Assembly (NCBI GenBank): GCA_951406725.2
Contig: OX597819.1
Span: forward strand, 2,604,001 to 2,668,000
Length of the DNA: 64,000 nt
Direction of reading: 5' to 3'
From: Octopus vulgaris
Taxonomy: Eukaryota
Shown: piece after piece, positions 37,951 through 52,380 of the stretch
Layout of the letters: each line of letters opens with the position of its first letter
Numbering within the stretch: position 1 is the stretch's first letter
Program-made: the position numbers and the translations under genes
Notes under the pieces: model-generated
The model's database searches: none
The model's input: only the letters and a program-made list of their open reading frames with translations
Told to the model about the DNA's origin: nothing

Positions 37951-39481
37951 CTAGTGCTTTTAACTTAAGTACCATATTCATCTGAATCAAAATTTTGCTG
38001 AACTTATATCATCTGCAGCAGCATTTTTATAGGTGGAGTTCGAAGTAGATAATGCTGTAGATAATAGCCTGCAAATATTGGTTGATTCAATAACCTGTTA
38101 CCATTTCTAAAACTATATAAGGTCTCAAATCAATGCAAGAAATCCTTATTAATAACAGTACTTCAGTTATGTCTCTTTTCTAAAACATATAATTAGAGAA
38201 TGTAGGAATCACATTTTTTAATTTTCTGGTTGTTTCCTTGCTGATATCGTATCATATTCTCTTTAGAAGAATTTAAAACTCAATGCATGATCAAGAACAT
38301 ATACATGCATCCAGTGTAATAAATCTCCAAGTCTATCAAATATTTTTTACTTGTTTCAGTCAATGGACTGTGAGCATGCTTGCACTGCCTCTGAAAGTTG
38401 TCAAAAAATCAATACTTTTCTTTCTTCAAAACCTAGTACTTATTCTATCAGTCTCTTTTGCCAAACTGCTAAATTACAGGAATGTAAACAAACTAACACC
38501 AGCTGTCAAATAGTGAGGAGGACAAAAAACAAAAACAAAGACACACACATATGTACTCATATAGGTGTATATGTGAGGTGGCATGTGTGTATGAGAAGGC
38601 ATATGGCCTAGTGGCATAGTGTTGCATTCCTGGTTGTGAGATCATGGTTTCAATTCCCAGACCAGTGATACATTGTATTCTTGAGTAAGACACTTCATTT
38701 CACATTGCTCCAGTCTACTCAGCTGTAGAAATGAGTAACTCTGTGAGGGATTAGTGTTCAGTTCAGGGGGAATGTTGGCCTGACCACCTAGCCAGCAGGA
38801 TGGCATCATTTGAAAGCTACAACAACACAAGGAAGTACATTGTGGCTAGCAGTGTATAACCCAATAGTCTGGTTGACACCATAATAAGCAGTGTATAACA
38901 ACATCCAATAGTCTGGTTCACACACACACACACACACACACACACAACAGGCTTCCACACAGTTTCTGTTTACCAAATTCAGTCACAAGGTATAGGTTTG
39001 CCCAGGGTTACATTAGAAGACACTTGCCCAAGGTGCCACACAATGGAACTGAACCTGAAACAACATGGTTGCAAAGTGAGCTTCTTAATCACACAGCAAT
39101 CTTATCTCTTTATTGCGCACAAGGGGCTAAACATAGAGGGGACAAACAAGGACAGTCAAAAGGATTAAATCGATTACATCAACTCCAGTGCATAGCTGGT
39201 ACTTAATTTATCGACCCCAAAAGGATGAAAGGTAAAGTCAACCTCGGTGGAATTTGAACTCAGAACATAACAGCAGACGATATACCACTAAGCATTTCGC
39301 CCGGCATTTTAACGTTTCGGCTAGCAATCTTGCAGCACGTCAAGATAAATCAAGAAGTATGGACATGCTTTCATATGGAGCTGCAGGCAAACAGCCATGC
39401 CCACATGAACAATGAGGCCATGGCTTACAATCAGCAAACATACTTGAATGCAAAGGGGAAAAAATGAAACACACACACACT

Positions 39482-39514
<33 letters not shown>

Positions 39515-40068
39515 ACTGCTTGTTTTGATAGTAAAGTTGGTATTTTGTTTACAGTCAGCAAACACTCAAAGACAAGGAGAAATGATATCACTCACACAAA
39601 CACACACACACACACTGGCATATACAACAGGCTTCTTTCAGTTTCTCTCTAGTAAATCCCCTCATAAGGATTTTGTCAGCCCAGTGGAATTGAACCTGAA
39701 TCCACATGATTGGGAAGCAAACTTTGTAACTACACAGTCATGCATGCACTCATATATAAATTACATTGTTGACGTAAAATAGTTCTTGTTCTTTGTAATG
39801 ATTTAAATTTTCTATCTTGATGGCATTAAATTATATCTTTAAGGAACATGTATAGATTGAATGTGAGGCAGAGAGAAGGATAAAGAAAGTGAAAGAAGAG
39901 ATATAAAGAAAAGAGGGATGAACAAGAGAGAGAGAGAGAGAAGAAAGGAGAACTAGCTGTAGACAAAACAACAAAGTTTGTGTGTCAGTAAATTTCTGGT
40001 ATTTCTAACATCTTGTTTGCAGTGAAAAGAAATATTGATTTCTGTGAAGAATGCAAGTAAAGTCTTAC

Positions 40069-40130
40069 CTGTTAAGGCAAGTCTCGAACATTTCACCTCC
40101 AACAGATTCATATATTACGTCAATACCATT
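40069..40130 (-). CDS. PTGR3: PTGR3 coding exon
   Basis: tttcag|...|gtaaga; 62 nt encoding NGIDVIYESVGGEMFETCLN plus AG (phase 2); matches GVDVVYESVGG. Confidence 0.94.
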
Positions 40131-40787
40131 CTGAAAATTCAAGCAAAAATACATTCACATAATATCATATACACATTACATGTATACACATAAACACATA
40201 CACACAGGTAATATATATATACAAATGGTGTTATTGTCATCATCACTGCTTCACCACCACCAACATGCTGCTGCTGCTGCTACTACTACTACATGATAGA
40301 AATTTTACCCCTACTGCTAATTAGGTTATTTTGCAAAATTGTTAGAGCTTCGAACAAAATGCCTTGCAATATTTTTCCAATTCTTTAGATTCAGAGTTCA
40401 AATCCCACTGAAGTTAACACTTTCATTCTTCTTGGGTCGATAAAATAAAATACCAATTAAATAGTGGAGTTGGTGGCATCAATTAACTTTCTCCCTTCAA
40501 ATTTTAGGCCTTGTGCCTATGCTAGAAACAGCAACAGCAACGACAACAACAATAATAATAATGCTTTCTACTATAAGCACAAGGCCTGAAATTTTGGGGG
40601 AGGGGTAAGTCAATTACATTGACCCCAGTACTCAACCTTTACTTATTTTTATTGACACCCCGCTCCCCTCCCCAAAAGAAGATGAAAGGCAAAGTTGACC
40701 TCAGCGGAATTTGAACTCAGAATGTAGTGGCAGACGAAATACTGCTAAACATTTTGCACGTGCTAACAATTCTGCTAGCTGGCCACC

Positions 40788-40849
<62 letters not shown>

Positions 40850-40884
40850 TAATGATAATAATGATAATAATGATAATAATAATG

Positions 40885-40933
<49 letters not shown>

Positions 40934-40947
40934 TAATAATAATAATA

Positions 40948-41018
<71 letters not shown>

Positions 41019-41046
41019 AATAATAATAATAATAATAATGATGATG

Positions 41047-41129
<83 letters not shown>

Positions 41130-41165
41130 TATAAATAATAAATAATAATAATAATAATAATAATA
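40788..41165. repeat. Compound (AAT)n/(GAT)n microsatellite
   Basis: Directly visible. Confidence 0.97.
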
Positions 41166-41949
41166 ATTTTTTTATTAACCACAGGGGCATAGGCGAGGGG
41201 GACATCACAAGGACAGACAACAATTTGTGTAGGAATTTACATAAGGGATGGGGAGAAAGAAATGGAAAATACCATGAAATGCAATAAAAGTATACAAAAT
41301 GTAACATGAATGATGCAGACCTTCTGATACAGGAGAAACTCCAACTAGGACCCCCACAATCAAGGAACCCCACAGATCCAGTATTACACTGATCACCAAA
41401 GGTACAAGCCCTCTCCAATCTACAGGCACGTAGTTAGAGCAGGGCCATTCACTCTAACCAGTTTTACCACAGTCACTCACCTTTTCACAAATTCACAGAG
41501 AGGTAGCACTTCCCTCTCCACCCTCACTTTCCTTTTGAAGTGAGAGCTTCACTGAAGTTCTTCAAACCTTTCAGCTTCACCCACCACACAATCTCTTTCA
41601 CTATAGCCACTAGACGAACACTGCCTGTCCTGCCTTGATAAAGGTGGGTGATGGAGTGATCTTCATGATGGATCCAGCTGATAGTCATATTCATCCCACA
41701 TGCAATAACAGCTGTCTGACATAACTTCACAAGTCAGCAATATTTGGACACTGCAAGAGTACATACAGAATGATTTTTTTCATTCTGTCTGCATCTTGGA
41801 CACTCCTTCCATGCTTGTAAAGTTTATCTCAAACTGGCAGTACTCCTCGATAGCACTGCCAGGGATTTCTAGAAGTTATCCATAGTAGCACCAGGCTAAA
41901 AGTTTATCCTCATCAATGCCTAGTGTTTCCCTGAGAATGTTATTGCTCT

Positions 41950-42130
41950 TATCTGCCATAAAGAAGTGCTGATCTCTCAAAATAGATGGAACATGTGGAA
42001 GTGTGAGACCCAGGAAGACATGGGATGAAGGACTGAAGAATGACCTCAGGGTGCTGAACCTTTCAGTCGAGATGACAAAGGACCAAGATGCCTGGCGCCT
42101 TGCTGTACTCAAGAAGACTCTTGTTCCACA
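41950..42130 (+). mobile_element. RTE LINE 3' fragment (other RTE pieces at ~48560-48900 and ~55200-55500, minus)
   Basis: G.RPRKTWDE..KNDL..L.L...MTKD.DAWR; the 48.6-48.9 kb piece has C..C..WVHK.CSG and VGSF.YL. Confidence 0.7.
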
Positions 42131-43204
42131 GCAGAAGTGTTGAGACCAGTCCCCTGGGGTTAAGGATTGACCTGCAAGAGTCTTGTACCAATGCCACATA
42201 AAAAGCACTCATAGCAGTGCCATGTGAAAGCATCCATGTGACACGATGTAAAAGTACCCATATGGTGCCACGTAAAAGCACCCAGCACACTCTATAAAAT
42301 GGTTGGTATTAGGAAGGGCATCCTGCCATAGAAACCAGGCCAAATCAGACAGGAGCCTGGTCCAGTTCTCATCAAACCATCCAACCCATGGACAATGGAG
42401 TTAAATGACAATGGTGGCAGCGACAGCAATGGTAACAACAACAATGATGATACTATAGAACTTCCATTGATCTTACTGCTTAATAGAGAGTAGTGAGTGT
42501 CTGAAGATATTCTAGATCCGAAGCATCTAATCTTGATCTTTTCTCAACTTAAGATTGCAGCTTAGTCAAAGAGATGAGTTGCAGAAAAATGCATCTTAGA
42601 AACAGAGACCAAACTCACTCACTATCCAGAAAAAGTGGCATAGGTGCAGCACATGTTTGCACATTAGCAACTATGGACTGCCCAACCAGTGTAATATATC
42701 CTTCCCACCGGTAGCAGAAAAGTAAACACTCTCGTCCAGTCAAATGTGGACTGAAGCAAGGTACAACAGTCAGACGATAAGTTATTAAAGAAGCAATGTG
42801 TGCATTGGCCACCTCTACTTGACCTTTCAGGGACAATTTCCTCTTGGCCTATTTCTGAGTGAGACTGGCCACCCTGCTTGTAACTTCATCCCAGCTCTTG
42901 TCCACTTGGATGTCCTGTTCAAACCAGACTCTGAACAATTTTACTGATCTGTCTGTGCGTCAACCTACTACGCAGTTCATTGGCATAGTCTAGCTCCTCC
43001 AGTTGTTGAGCCATAGGCCTATGACTTGTTCAGGTTTATCTTAGTTTCTGCCATTGCCTCATATTCCTTTAAAATGGAATCAGCTGCCTGAACGTCTGTG
43101 GTATCTGACACTATAACTGTGAAGTCATCCACATGACATAACTTTCCCACATCCCATTTCAAAGGGGATGCCTCTCAAAAGTTCTAGCTTCCACAGCAAA
43201 GACT

Positions 43205-43495
43205 TGAGGGGATGTGTAAAAGATCACATTTATGTTCCACCACTACCCACTAACCTCAATGACCTTAAACATCGAATAACAACAGCGATCAACTCAGTGG
43301 ATCATGATATGTTGATATGCATCTGGGAGGAATTCTCTTATAGCATTGATGTTACCCTCGCTGCAGGTGGTGTCACATTGAGCACTTATAAGACAGGAAA
43401 TAAAAGTTGATTGTGACTTAGCTGGAGTTTTCTATTGCTTTTCCTTATTAAAATATTGCATAATGAAATCGGTTCATTCTTTTGAATAACCCTAT
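43205..43495 (+). mobile_element. 3' fragment of a Tc1/mariner-superfamily element
   Basis: GCVKDHIYVPPLPTNLNDLKHRITTAI..WEEF..GG.HIEH followed by a TIR-like end ttttgaataaccc. Confidence 0.7.
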
Positions 43496-45827
43496 ACTTC
43501 TCATATCTCACTTGCTCTTACTGGCCTTTCTCAGCACCAAGCCTATTCTTCCAAGAGTTGCAATAGGCCATTGAGGTAGGTAATAAGGTCCATAATTCTT
43601 TGTGGCCTATTGCTTTCTCTGAAGAGTTGAACAAAGTGCTACTGGAAGGCCACACACATTTGCTTGGAACTGCACAGTACACACCCATTCTGAGCAGTCA
43701 TTGATTGAATTGTTGCTTTGTTGCTATGTCATGCCTCCACCACCCAAGCTCATCAGGTGGCTTTCATTAGCTCTGACAATGCAGCCTTCATGTTTTGCAT
43801 TGACAAATGGTCAGAGGTCATCCTTGCCACAAGCATGCTGGTTGTGATACCAGATTCTAATTGCCTCTTCTAGCTTATGAACTAGCTCTTCTTCTAATCT
43901 ATTTCTCATTATCACTTGCTTTTTACTAAATGCTGTTGACTCATATTTAAATGTCCAATTCAGGGTTCCCTGTCAACTGTTATTAACTAATCCTCCTGTC
44001 AGATACCTCTTAACTACCTTGCTAATCTAGTTTATGTAGTCTTTTTGCACCAGAAAAAATCCCAGCAGTCAGGTCCCTGTCAATGAGTCCTATCTAAGGT
44101 GACTGTGAAGATCACAAATCTGTGATCTGTGTAGCCAACCAGTTTGAATTGTAGATACCCAAACATATTTTTGTCAGCCAACCTAATGAATACTCTATAT
44201 AAGTACAAGCCGGAAGACCCATTGTAGTTGCTCCAAGTCCACATTGGCACATTTGGAAGATCCAGTCAGTACCTGTCAGACAGTTGGAAACATCTGAACA
44301 TGTTTTTGAGGCCTTTTGCATCCCCTTCTATGGATTCACCTGATACAATCTCATTGGGCATCCAAAATACCTTTCCAATCCCTTACTAGAACTAAAGAGC
44401 AGGATGTTCCTAGGAAGGTTTCTAGGCATCTAAAGATATCTGGTCACCCAGTCCCAGTGGATGCCACTATTCTGAAGGCACTGTCTTTACTCTCACTCGC
44501 ATCTAGCACCACCAAAACTTACCTGCTGGATCCAGGGAGATTGCCTGAATCTCTAAATCTAATTCTTTCCACAAAAGCACTACTACTCTACTACCCAAGC
44601 CTATCAGATCACAAGATGAGTCACCAAACATTGGGCTGAGTGCATGTGTCCGAGAAATTCTGGTTTCAGTAATGGCTACCATATCTAAGTCAAGTGAGCT
44701 GAGATCATTAAGCAAGTGACCTTGCTTCCAAGTTGATTTCAGATCACAAACATTCATACATCCTACTCTGAGTGCCACCATATTTATTGGAGAAAATAAA
44801 GGGAGAGATTACTCACCTATGTCACTTCAAGACACTTCGAATGGTGGATGGTCTGAAGTGACATTTATGGTGAGTGTCCCTTGAAAGGCCCTTGCAATAA
44901 AGTTTTATTTACTGATTTTCTAATAATAATAATAACAGTATTATTAAGGACAGCTAGGATATTTAGAAAGGTTCTTGGAATCTAATGTTACTTGTAGCCC
45001 GATGTTAGGAATTTTTTCCAATAGTCTAATCTGTTGTTCCTAAATGAAATAATAATAATCATCATCATCATCATTATTATCCTCAAAACTACCACCATTT
45101 TCATCACCATCACCTACACAAACATCATGATAACCATCATCATCATCATCATCATCATCTTAAATAATTTCTTCCTTTTCATTTCATTCTATCTCCATTA
45201 TAGTGCATTTATTTTTACCATCTTTCCATGATAAAAATCTAAACTTATTTTTGTGGTTATATTTTCATAATGTTAACTATAGTTATTTCATAAGGATCTT
45301 CTATTAGGTTCATTATAAATATATTGTCATTAATCAGATTTCAACAAGAATTAATTATGAATTCTGCTCTAATTTTCTTTTCTTCCTGATCTAAAATTTT
45401 TAGTTCATTTCATTTTTAATTTTTTTAGTTTATTTGTAAAATACTGTATGTTGGCAATTACAGTGTGAAAAAACATATTAGCCATTCAAAAACACACAAA
45501 AACTGTTAACTTCACATAATGTATGTTTATATTGATTATTTTGCTTTGCAAATTAAACCCAGTACCTAAAAATAGAGTATTGCACCCATAGTTTTCATTT
45601 TATTTCCGTTTTTTTTTTTTATTAATCAAATTAAAGAAATATATGAACAAAAACTCGACTTAAAAATTTCTAATTCTTCAACTGAATGTATAAACATCAA
45701 TGTAACAATTTAGCACATCATGATGAATTGCTGCAAATTTTTATAGAAAAATTCACTTATAAACAAGAAACAAAATTTGTTAATCAAAAATATACATCAG
45801 TTAAAACATATTAAAACATATACTAAC

Positions 45828-45899
45828 TGGAAATTCTGTTTTTAAAACATCTTTGACAGATTCCTTTTTGTAATTAATTGGACGATCACATCCTATAGA
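45828..45899 (-). CDS. PTGR3: PTGR3 coding exon
   Basis: tcccag|...|gttagt; 72 nt encoding SIGCDRPINYKKESVKDVLKTEFP (PTGR3 motif GCDRPINYK). Confidence 0.93.
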
Positions 45900-46544
45900 C
45901 TGGGAACAAAAGAAACAAAGAAATAAATGTCTTTGATATACAAATATAAAATGTCAGACATTATGAGAAGAGAAAGGAACATTTATACAAAGATAAAATG
46001 TTGCATATTGAATTAATATATATTTCTGTATTGAAAATAATACAATCTGAAATCCAAATATATTGCTTTTGCAATCAGCTTCATACAAAAAGTATTTTTA
46101 AAAGAAATCAATAAGTGATCTATGATTTCCTAGTTTGAAAATTATCAATAAGCAAACTAACAAAAAAAACCATTACCTACTTTTATATTTCAGTTTGTGT
46201 GTGTGGTTGCTTTTGTTTTTGTTTTTTAAGAATTCAATGAAAATAATTTTGAAAATTAAAATCTCAGTAATATTTTGGGATTTCAGAAATTAGGTGACAT
46301 CAGTTATCTGGAACTTACCATAAGAAAAGACATTTTTAAAAAATTTACAAATCCTAGCAAAGAAGATTGAACTAAAGGAAATTTCTAAAAAACAATATTT
46401 ATTTGAATATATCTTTTGTTTTAAAATTCATCATCAATATCCCTCCACTACCACATCATTATTATCACTCCCCCCACCACCATATCTTCAATATCAGCAT
46501 AATCATGACCACCACCATCACCACCACTGCAGCTGCTGCTTGTT

Positions 46545-46908
46545 TGTTTGTTGAGCGAAGTGGTCTTCGTCCGAGTGGGAGAAGTCCAAAACGTGGTTCT
46601 TTGCTATTCGTAAGACCCACAGAAGAGAAAGCAAGTCAACCCCCGACACCGAGAGCATCGACGGATGGATGAATGCGCATCCAGGCTCAGCGGTTGCGTA
46701 GGAAATCGGGGAAAAGAAACAGGAAGAAAGGGTGAAAGAAAGTTGGAGCGAAAGAGTACAACAGGGGTCGCCACAACCCCCTGCCAGAGCCTCATGGAGC
46801 TTTAGGTGTTTTCACTCAATAAACACACACAACGCCCGGTCTGGGAATCGAAACCGCGATCCTCCGACCGCAAGTCTGCTGCCCTAACCACTGGGCCATT
46901 GCACCTCC
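46545..46908 (-). mobile_element. tRNA-derived SINE family D
   Basis: Minus strand tRNA-like head tggcccagtggttagggcagcagac..ggtttcgattccc; (CAAA)n tail. Confidence 0.75.
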
Positions 46909-47300
46909 TGCAGCTGCAGCTGCCTCCACCACCATCATCATCATCATTAATATTACTGTCATCATCATAATCATTTTTACATCCATTTTCCAGTGCTTGC
47001 CTGACTTACACGTGTCTTCTCTAGCCCAGTTTCTCTCTACTTGTCACAGTTACTCATCTTCTTTGTGAGGTTCAAACAAAGCTGATCTTAAGATCAACTT
47101 TCAACACTTTTACCCTTATTTTCCAAGGTCTTCCCCTTTCACAGATTCCTTCCACTTTGATCACTTGGTTCTTATTTACCCAGCTGTCATTCAATTCACA
47201 TCACATGTTCATGCTAGTAGTCAATTCTTTTGCATACTACATCTCTTTCTTTTATATTGAGTTTTCTTTTTGTTCTCTCAGCTCTGTCATTCATGTACAC

Positions 47301-47575
47301 CAGTGTTTCTCAAACCATTTTCCCCCTATGGACCCCTCTGATTCCTATTTCATTCTACTGGACTGCTATATCCAACCCATGCTAGCATGGAAAGCGGACG
47401 TTAAACGATGATGATGATGATGATTTTATAATAAAATATTATAAGGAATTGTATTAAAAAATTGTTAAAATATTTTGTGTATTGTAAAAGTATACCCAAT
47501 TCATTGCATGTAAATTTTACCAGTAAAATCGTATGAGGACCCCTATAGGTCATGTGGACCCCATTTGAGAATCAA
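47301..47575. mobile_element. hAT-like MITE (another hAT-like relic at ~9555-9710)
   Basis: cagtgtttctcaaa ... tttgagaatca termini. Confidence 0.5.
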
Positions 47576-49240
47576 ACATTATACATCCACTCAAGCAAGC
47601 TCTCTTCACTTCTTTTCCAGCCTTCACAATTCTCTACATTCACTCCTCTTGATTTACAACAGCCCTGCAATACCACACTTCATACACAGGTGTTATATTG
47701 CAGGGTCATACAATCAATCTTATCTTTTTGCTGTTTGCAAAGGCAATGGCTCTCTAAACTTCTCCAGTCTGTTCTTACTTGAATCTTTTAATCTCTTGTC
47801 TCAGTCATTAGACTGTGGCCATGCTAAGGCACCACCTTAAGGGATTTTAGTTGAACTAATCCACCCCAGTATCTATTTCCTTTTTAAGCCTGGTACTTAT
47901 TCAATCAGTCTCTTTTACTGTCAAGCAGTGGTGGTGGACAAATACAGCCACAAAGACACACACACGCATAGATACACACACACACACATATTTTCTTTTA
48001 TTCTTTTACTTGTTTCAGCCATTTAACTGCAGCCATGCTGGGGCACTGCCTTAAAGGGTTTTTAAGTCAAAGAAATCAACTCCAGGACTTATTCTTTGTA
48101 AGCCTAGTACTTATTCTATCGGTCTTTTTTGCTGAACCACTAAGTTATGGGGATGTAAACATGCCAACATCAGTTGTCAAATAATGGTGGAGGGACAAAC
48201 ACAGACACAAAGACACACTCATATAAGCATATAAATATATAAACAACAGGCTTCTTTCAGTTTCTGTCTACCAAATCCACTCACAAGGCTTTGGTCGGCC
48301 CAAGGCTATAGTAGAAGACACTTGCCCAAGTGGGACTGAACCTGGAACCATGTGGTTGAGAAGCAAGCTTCTTATCACACAGCCACAATGGTTTTTCAGT
48401 TTCTGTCAACCAATTCCACTCTCAAGGCTTTGGTCAGCTTGACGCTATAGTAGTAAAAGACACTTGCCCAAGGTGCCATGCAGTGTGGCTGAACCCAGGA
48501 CCATGTGTTTGGGAAGCAAACTTCTTACTACACAGCCACACCTGCTTATTATGCTTTAAAAAGAAAAATCTATCACTACAGCTAATTAGGTCACTTAAAT
48601 AAGAAAAACTACCAACTACTTCTATAAAGCCTTCTGGCCATTTGAAAGAATTTATTACATCAATGCTAACTATTCTTATACATCTCTTACATATGAAGTT
48701 GTTATTCTGTAATCCTGCCAGTGAATCCACTACACTTTTTGTGTACCCATATTGTACATTGGGTACACCATATAGAATTGCTGTCTACTTCTGTTCTTCC
48801 TATCAAGTAGAGCCACTTTCTACATAGCAGTAGAGTCCTGTCTTTTACTTCTAACCAACTGTAAGGTGACAAGCAATCAGCACTAAAAGAGGCCTCAGGC
48901 ATCTTATAAATAAGCTAGGAGTTAAAAACAAAAAAAGAGGGGTAGGTGCAGTGTAGTACATCAAGAGACAGTGCTAACCAAAGCCTTGCAACATAGTGAA
49001 TGCCACACAAAGTACCCACCAGGCAGGTGGTGATGTTAAACTGGGTGGCTTGTTAGGCCAGTCATCATTAAAAAAAAGTTTAAGGACCCTGCTAATTATC
49101 ATGACTGCATCCCTAAAGAGGTTTCCTTACTGGACTCAGAAGCCTCTCTACTCTGTGATGATTACTTGCAATTCAGAGTAAACTTATCTCTTTTAAAATG
49201 ATTCTCAGATAGCTTACAATCTTAAGTTAACAATCTTAAC

Positions 49241-49301
49241 CTGGCGGTTAAGATGCCTGGCTTTAACCCAGGTGGTCTGGGTTCAATTCTCAGCAAGGGA
49301 A
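49241..49301 (+). pseudogene. 5'-truncated tRNA-Glu-like pseudogene, anticodon reads TTA
   Basis: ctggcggttaagatgcctgg-ctTTAac-ccaggtggtctgggttcaattctcagcaagggaa resembles tRNA-Glu(TTC); 5' acceptor strand absent. Confidence 0.6.
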
Positions 49302-49935
49302 TGTTATATTCAGGTGTAAGCATGGCTGTGTGGTAAAAAGCTTGCTTCCCAGCCACATGGTTCCAGGTTCAGTCCCACTGTATGGCACCTTGGACAAGGG
49401 TTTTCTACTATAGCTCCAGGCCAACCAAAGCCTTGTGAGTGGATTTGGCAGACAGAAACTGAAAGAAGCCTGTCGTATATGTATATATATATATGTATAT
49501 ATCTATGTGTGTGTCTTTGTGTCTGTGTTTGTTTTCCACCATTGACTGACAACCAATGTTGGTGTGTTTACATCCCTGTAACTTAGCAATTCAGCAAAAG
49601 AGACTGATAGAATAAGTACTACACTTAAAAAAATAAGTCCTGGGGTCAATTTGTTCAAGGTGGTGCCCCAGCATGGCCACAATCAAATGACTGAAACAAG
49701 TAAAAGATAGACACCAGAAGAGAGCATTTACATATGCAGAGAAAGAGAGAGAGGAAGGAAAGATAGGGAAGAAACCAGAGACAGAAAGAAAAAGAAAGGG
49801 AAAAAGATGGGGAAGGAGAGAGGAAGGGAAGAAATAATAGAATAAAAAATAAAGTAGATAAAAAGGACTTTGAACAGAGATACATGTAAGTTGGTAACAT
49901 ATTTCTAGTTTGGAAATTGAGGGTTAGCTGTTTAA

Positions 49936-50155
49936 CCCTTTCGTTACTGTATTTATTTTGAGATGCTCTGTGTTTCTTTCAATTATTTTAAATATAACAA
50001 AGAATTTAGTAAAATAACATAGTTATCATTCAGCTAGTGTTAGGAACATAAATTGTGACTAAGGTTTGGTGGAAGATTTTAATTAAAAACTTATGAAAAT
50101 ATGAGATTTGTACTCAGAGCCAGAGTCGGTTTCAGCCGGGTTGGTATCAAAAGGG
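49936..50155. mobile_element. piggyBac-type MITE
   Basis: TTAA|ccctttcgttac ... gtatcaaaaggg|TTAA; 220 bp. Confidence 0.8.
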
Positions 50156-51792
50156 TTAAGGAAGTAAAGTGCTAAAGTAATCATCTTTTAGAGGTTAGAA
50201 TGCAATGAAGAAAAAATGGATAGAGGAAAGGATAGATAAAGGGATAGATAAAGGGATAGACTTTGTGTTCATAATCTTTAGTCTGCCTATCTTAGTACAC
50301 AAAGCAAAACTATCTGACCCACATAAATAAAATGATGAGAGAACTGGTTTCGTTATTGATATTTTAGTTGTTAAGTTCCTTCACACCACAGATACATAGG
50401 AGCTTCATTCCTTTATCATGTTTATAATCTTTTGTATGTACAGTGACCCATACAATCATGACAGTTATTGATATGGGCATACTATCTTTAGGTCCTCATA
50501 AAATAATTACTTCTGCTAAAAAAAAGTATTATATTTGCAGCTTGTCTTTTTTTTTTTTTTTTGGCACATATTAAATCAGCATTTTAAATCATTCCTTAAA
50601 TTCATGCTGGAAAATAAATATACATTTCATTTTCATCAAATTTTCGAAAGCCTAGTGTTTGGCAGATAATTTTGCCCATCTACTATCTTCCCTACACCCA
50701 CTATTCACTACATCTACCCTTCAACCATACCAAACCTGTACAGTCATCACCTACTCTTCCCTACATTCCTTTCAACATATATTTATCATTCTTTAACTCT
50801 TGTTCTTCATTAATTATATTCATTTCCTCACTTATTCCCCATCTCTACCCCCACTCTCTCTCATTCCCTCTTCTTATACACTCTGGCAACTTCTACTCAC
50901 TCAAACTTCATTTTCTACTACCCCCACATACCTCATACCATGAGGTTCTATTTTGATGTCCCAACACCACTATTTCATATCTTTGCCCTATTATTCCCAT
51001 CATCTCTTCACTAATGTGAGTAGTCATGTTGCTCCTCTACAGCAAAAAAAACTATTCTTTTTTAGCCCCTTCTCTCACACTGTAACCTCTCATCTCCTCT
51101 ATGATGAGCTGCCCTCCTCTCTATCATAAAGCCATTCATTTGAAGGGTATCTTAGACTTGCAAACTAGATAGTGACCCTACAAGTGCTGCAGGCATGAAC
51201 AAAGCACCCACTATAGTCTGTAAAGTATGCCCCACATTGCAAATCACTGTGTTAGATCTTGTCAAACTGCCCAACCTATGCCAGCATGATGATGTTCCCA
51301 TTACTAAGGATATCTCAGTTCAGTCCCACAGTGTGGCACCTTGGGCAAGTGTCTTCTACTATAGCCTCAGGCAATGATGTTTGAATTTTGGGGGTGTAGG
51401 AGAGATGGTAAATGAGCAAAATTATCCACCAAAGACTAGGCTTTCAAAAATTTGATGAGAAGCCTTGAGAGTGGATTTGGTAGATGAAACTGAAAGAAGA
51501 CTATTGTGTGTATATATATAAATGCGTGTGTGTGTGTGTCTACATATGTGTGTCTTTGTGTTTGTCCCCACCATCACTACTTGACAACCAATGTTGGTGT
51601 GGTTTAGCAACAGCGACCAATAGAATAAGTAAACCCTTCAAGATGGTGCTCCAGCATAGCCACAGTCAAATGACTGAAACAAGTAAAAGAATAAACGAAT
51701 ATATTTTGTAACCTCCATTTAGTTATTCTATTCCAATCAATGTACAATAAATACCTTACACACACACACACACACATGTTATCTGAAATGTA

Positions 51793-52380
51793 CAGTATTA
51801 TATACCCATCACAGCTGATCTTACCAATCGGTTTTGCGCTAGGGATATGACAGAGTGTTAGATAACAATCTGATTATATAACCTTATGCTCATCAGAGGT
51901 AGCCAATATGGAATGAAATATGGTGACTGCTCTCTATTGTTGGTGGTGAAATGACACATCCAGTTTGCAGGGGCTGTGAAAAGGTTGACATAATGGATTC
52001 ATTTCTATTATATATTACGCAAATTTGACATGTCCAATATTAAATGACTTCAAAATATAACTATCTGGTCTAACTTCATTATTAAAACTATTACAACTCA
52101 ATGCCTGAACAAACTAACCAGTCTTGACTTCCACTTATATGGATTCTCTAACAACAATTTGGAGTAACTTTTTACATTTGACTCGAGTTGAAAATTCTGG
52201 TGATGTCTACCACTTCTTAGTGTAATATGAAATTACATTCATACAAATATATATACATATATAGTCATCTGAGAACCCATAGGTCAGAAAAAAGATGCAC
52301 TCATATGTTTGTCAAGAGAATGGGTATTACCCAGTGCAAAACTGATAGGTAAGATCAGCTGAAATGGATCTATAATACTG
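51793..52380. mobile_element. MITE with ~55-bp imperfect TIRs (Tc1/mariner-pogo type)
   Basis: ta|cagtattata..cagctgatcttacc ... ggtaagatcagctg..tataatactg. Confidence 0.7.

Larger units (their letters stand above)
41170..44781 (-). mobile_element. Degraded L1/Tx1-clade LINE interrupted by younger insertions
   Basis: APE start MVALRVGCMNV..DMVAITETR at 44781; RT C-terminal SLKG..VAN..IAS...Y at ~42836; many stops. Confidence 0.7.
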
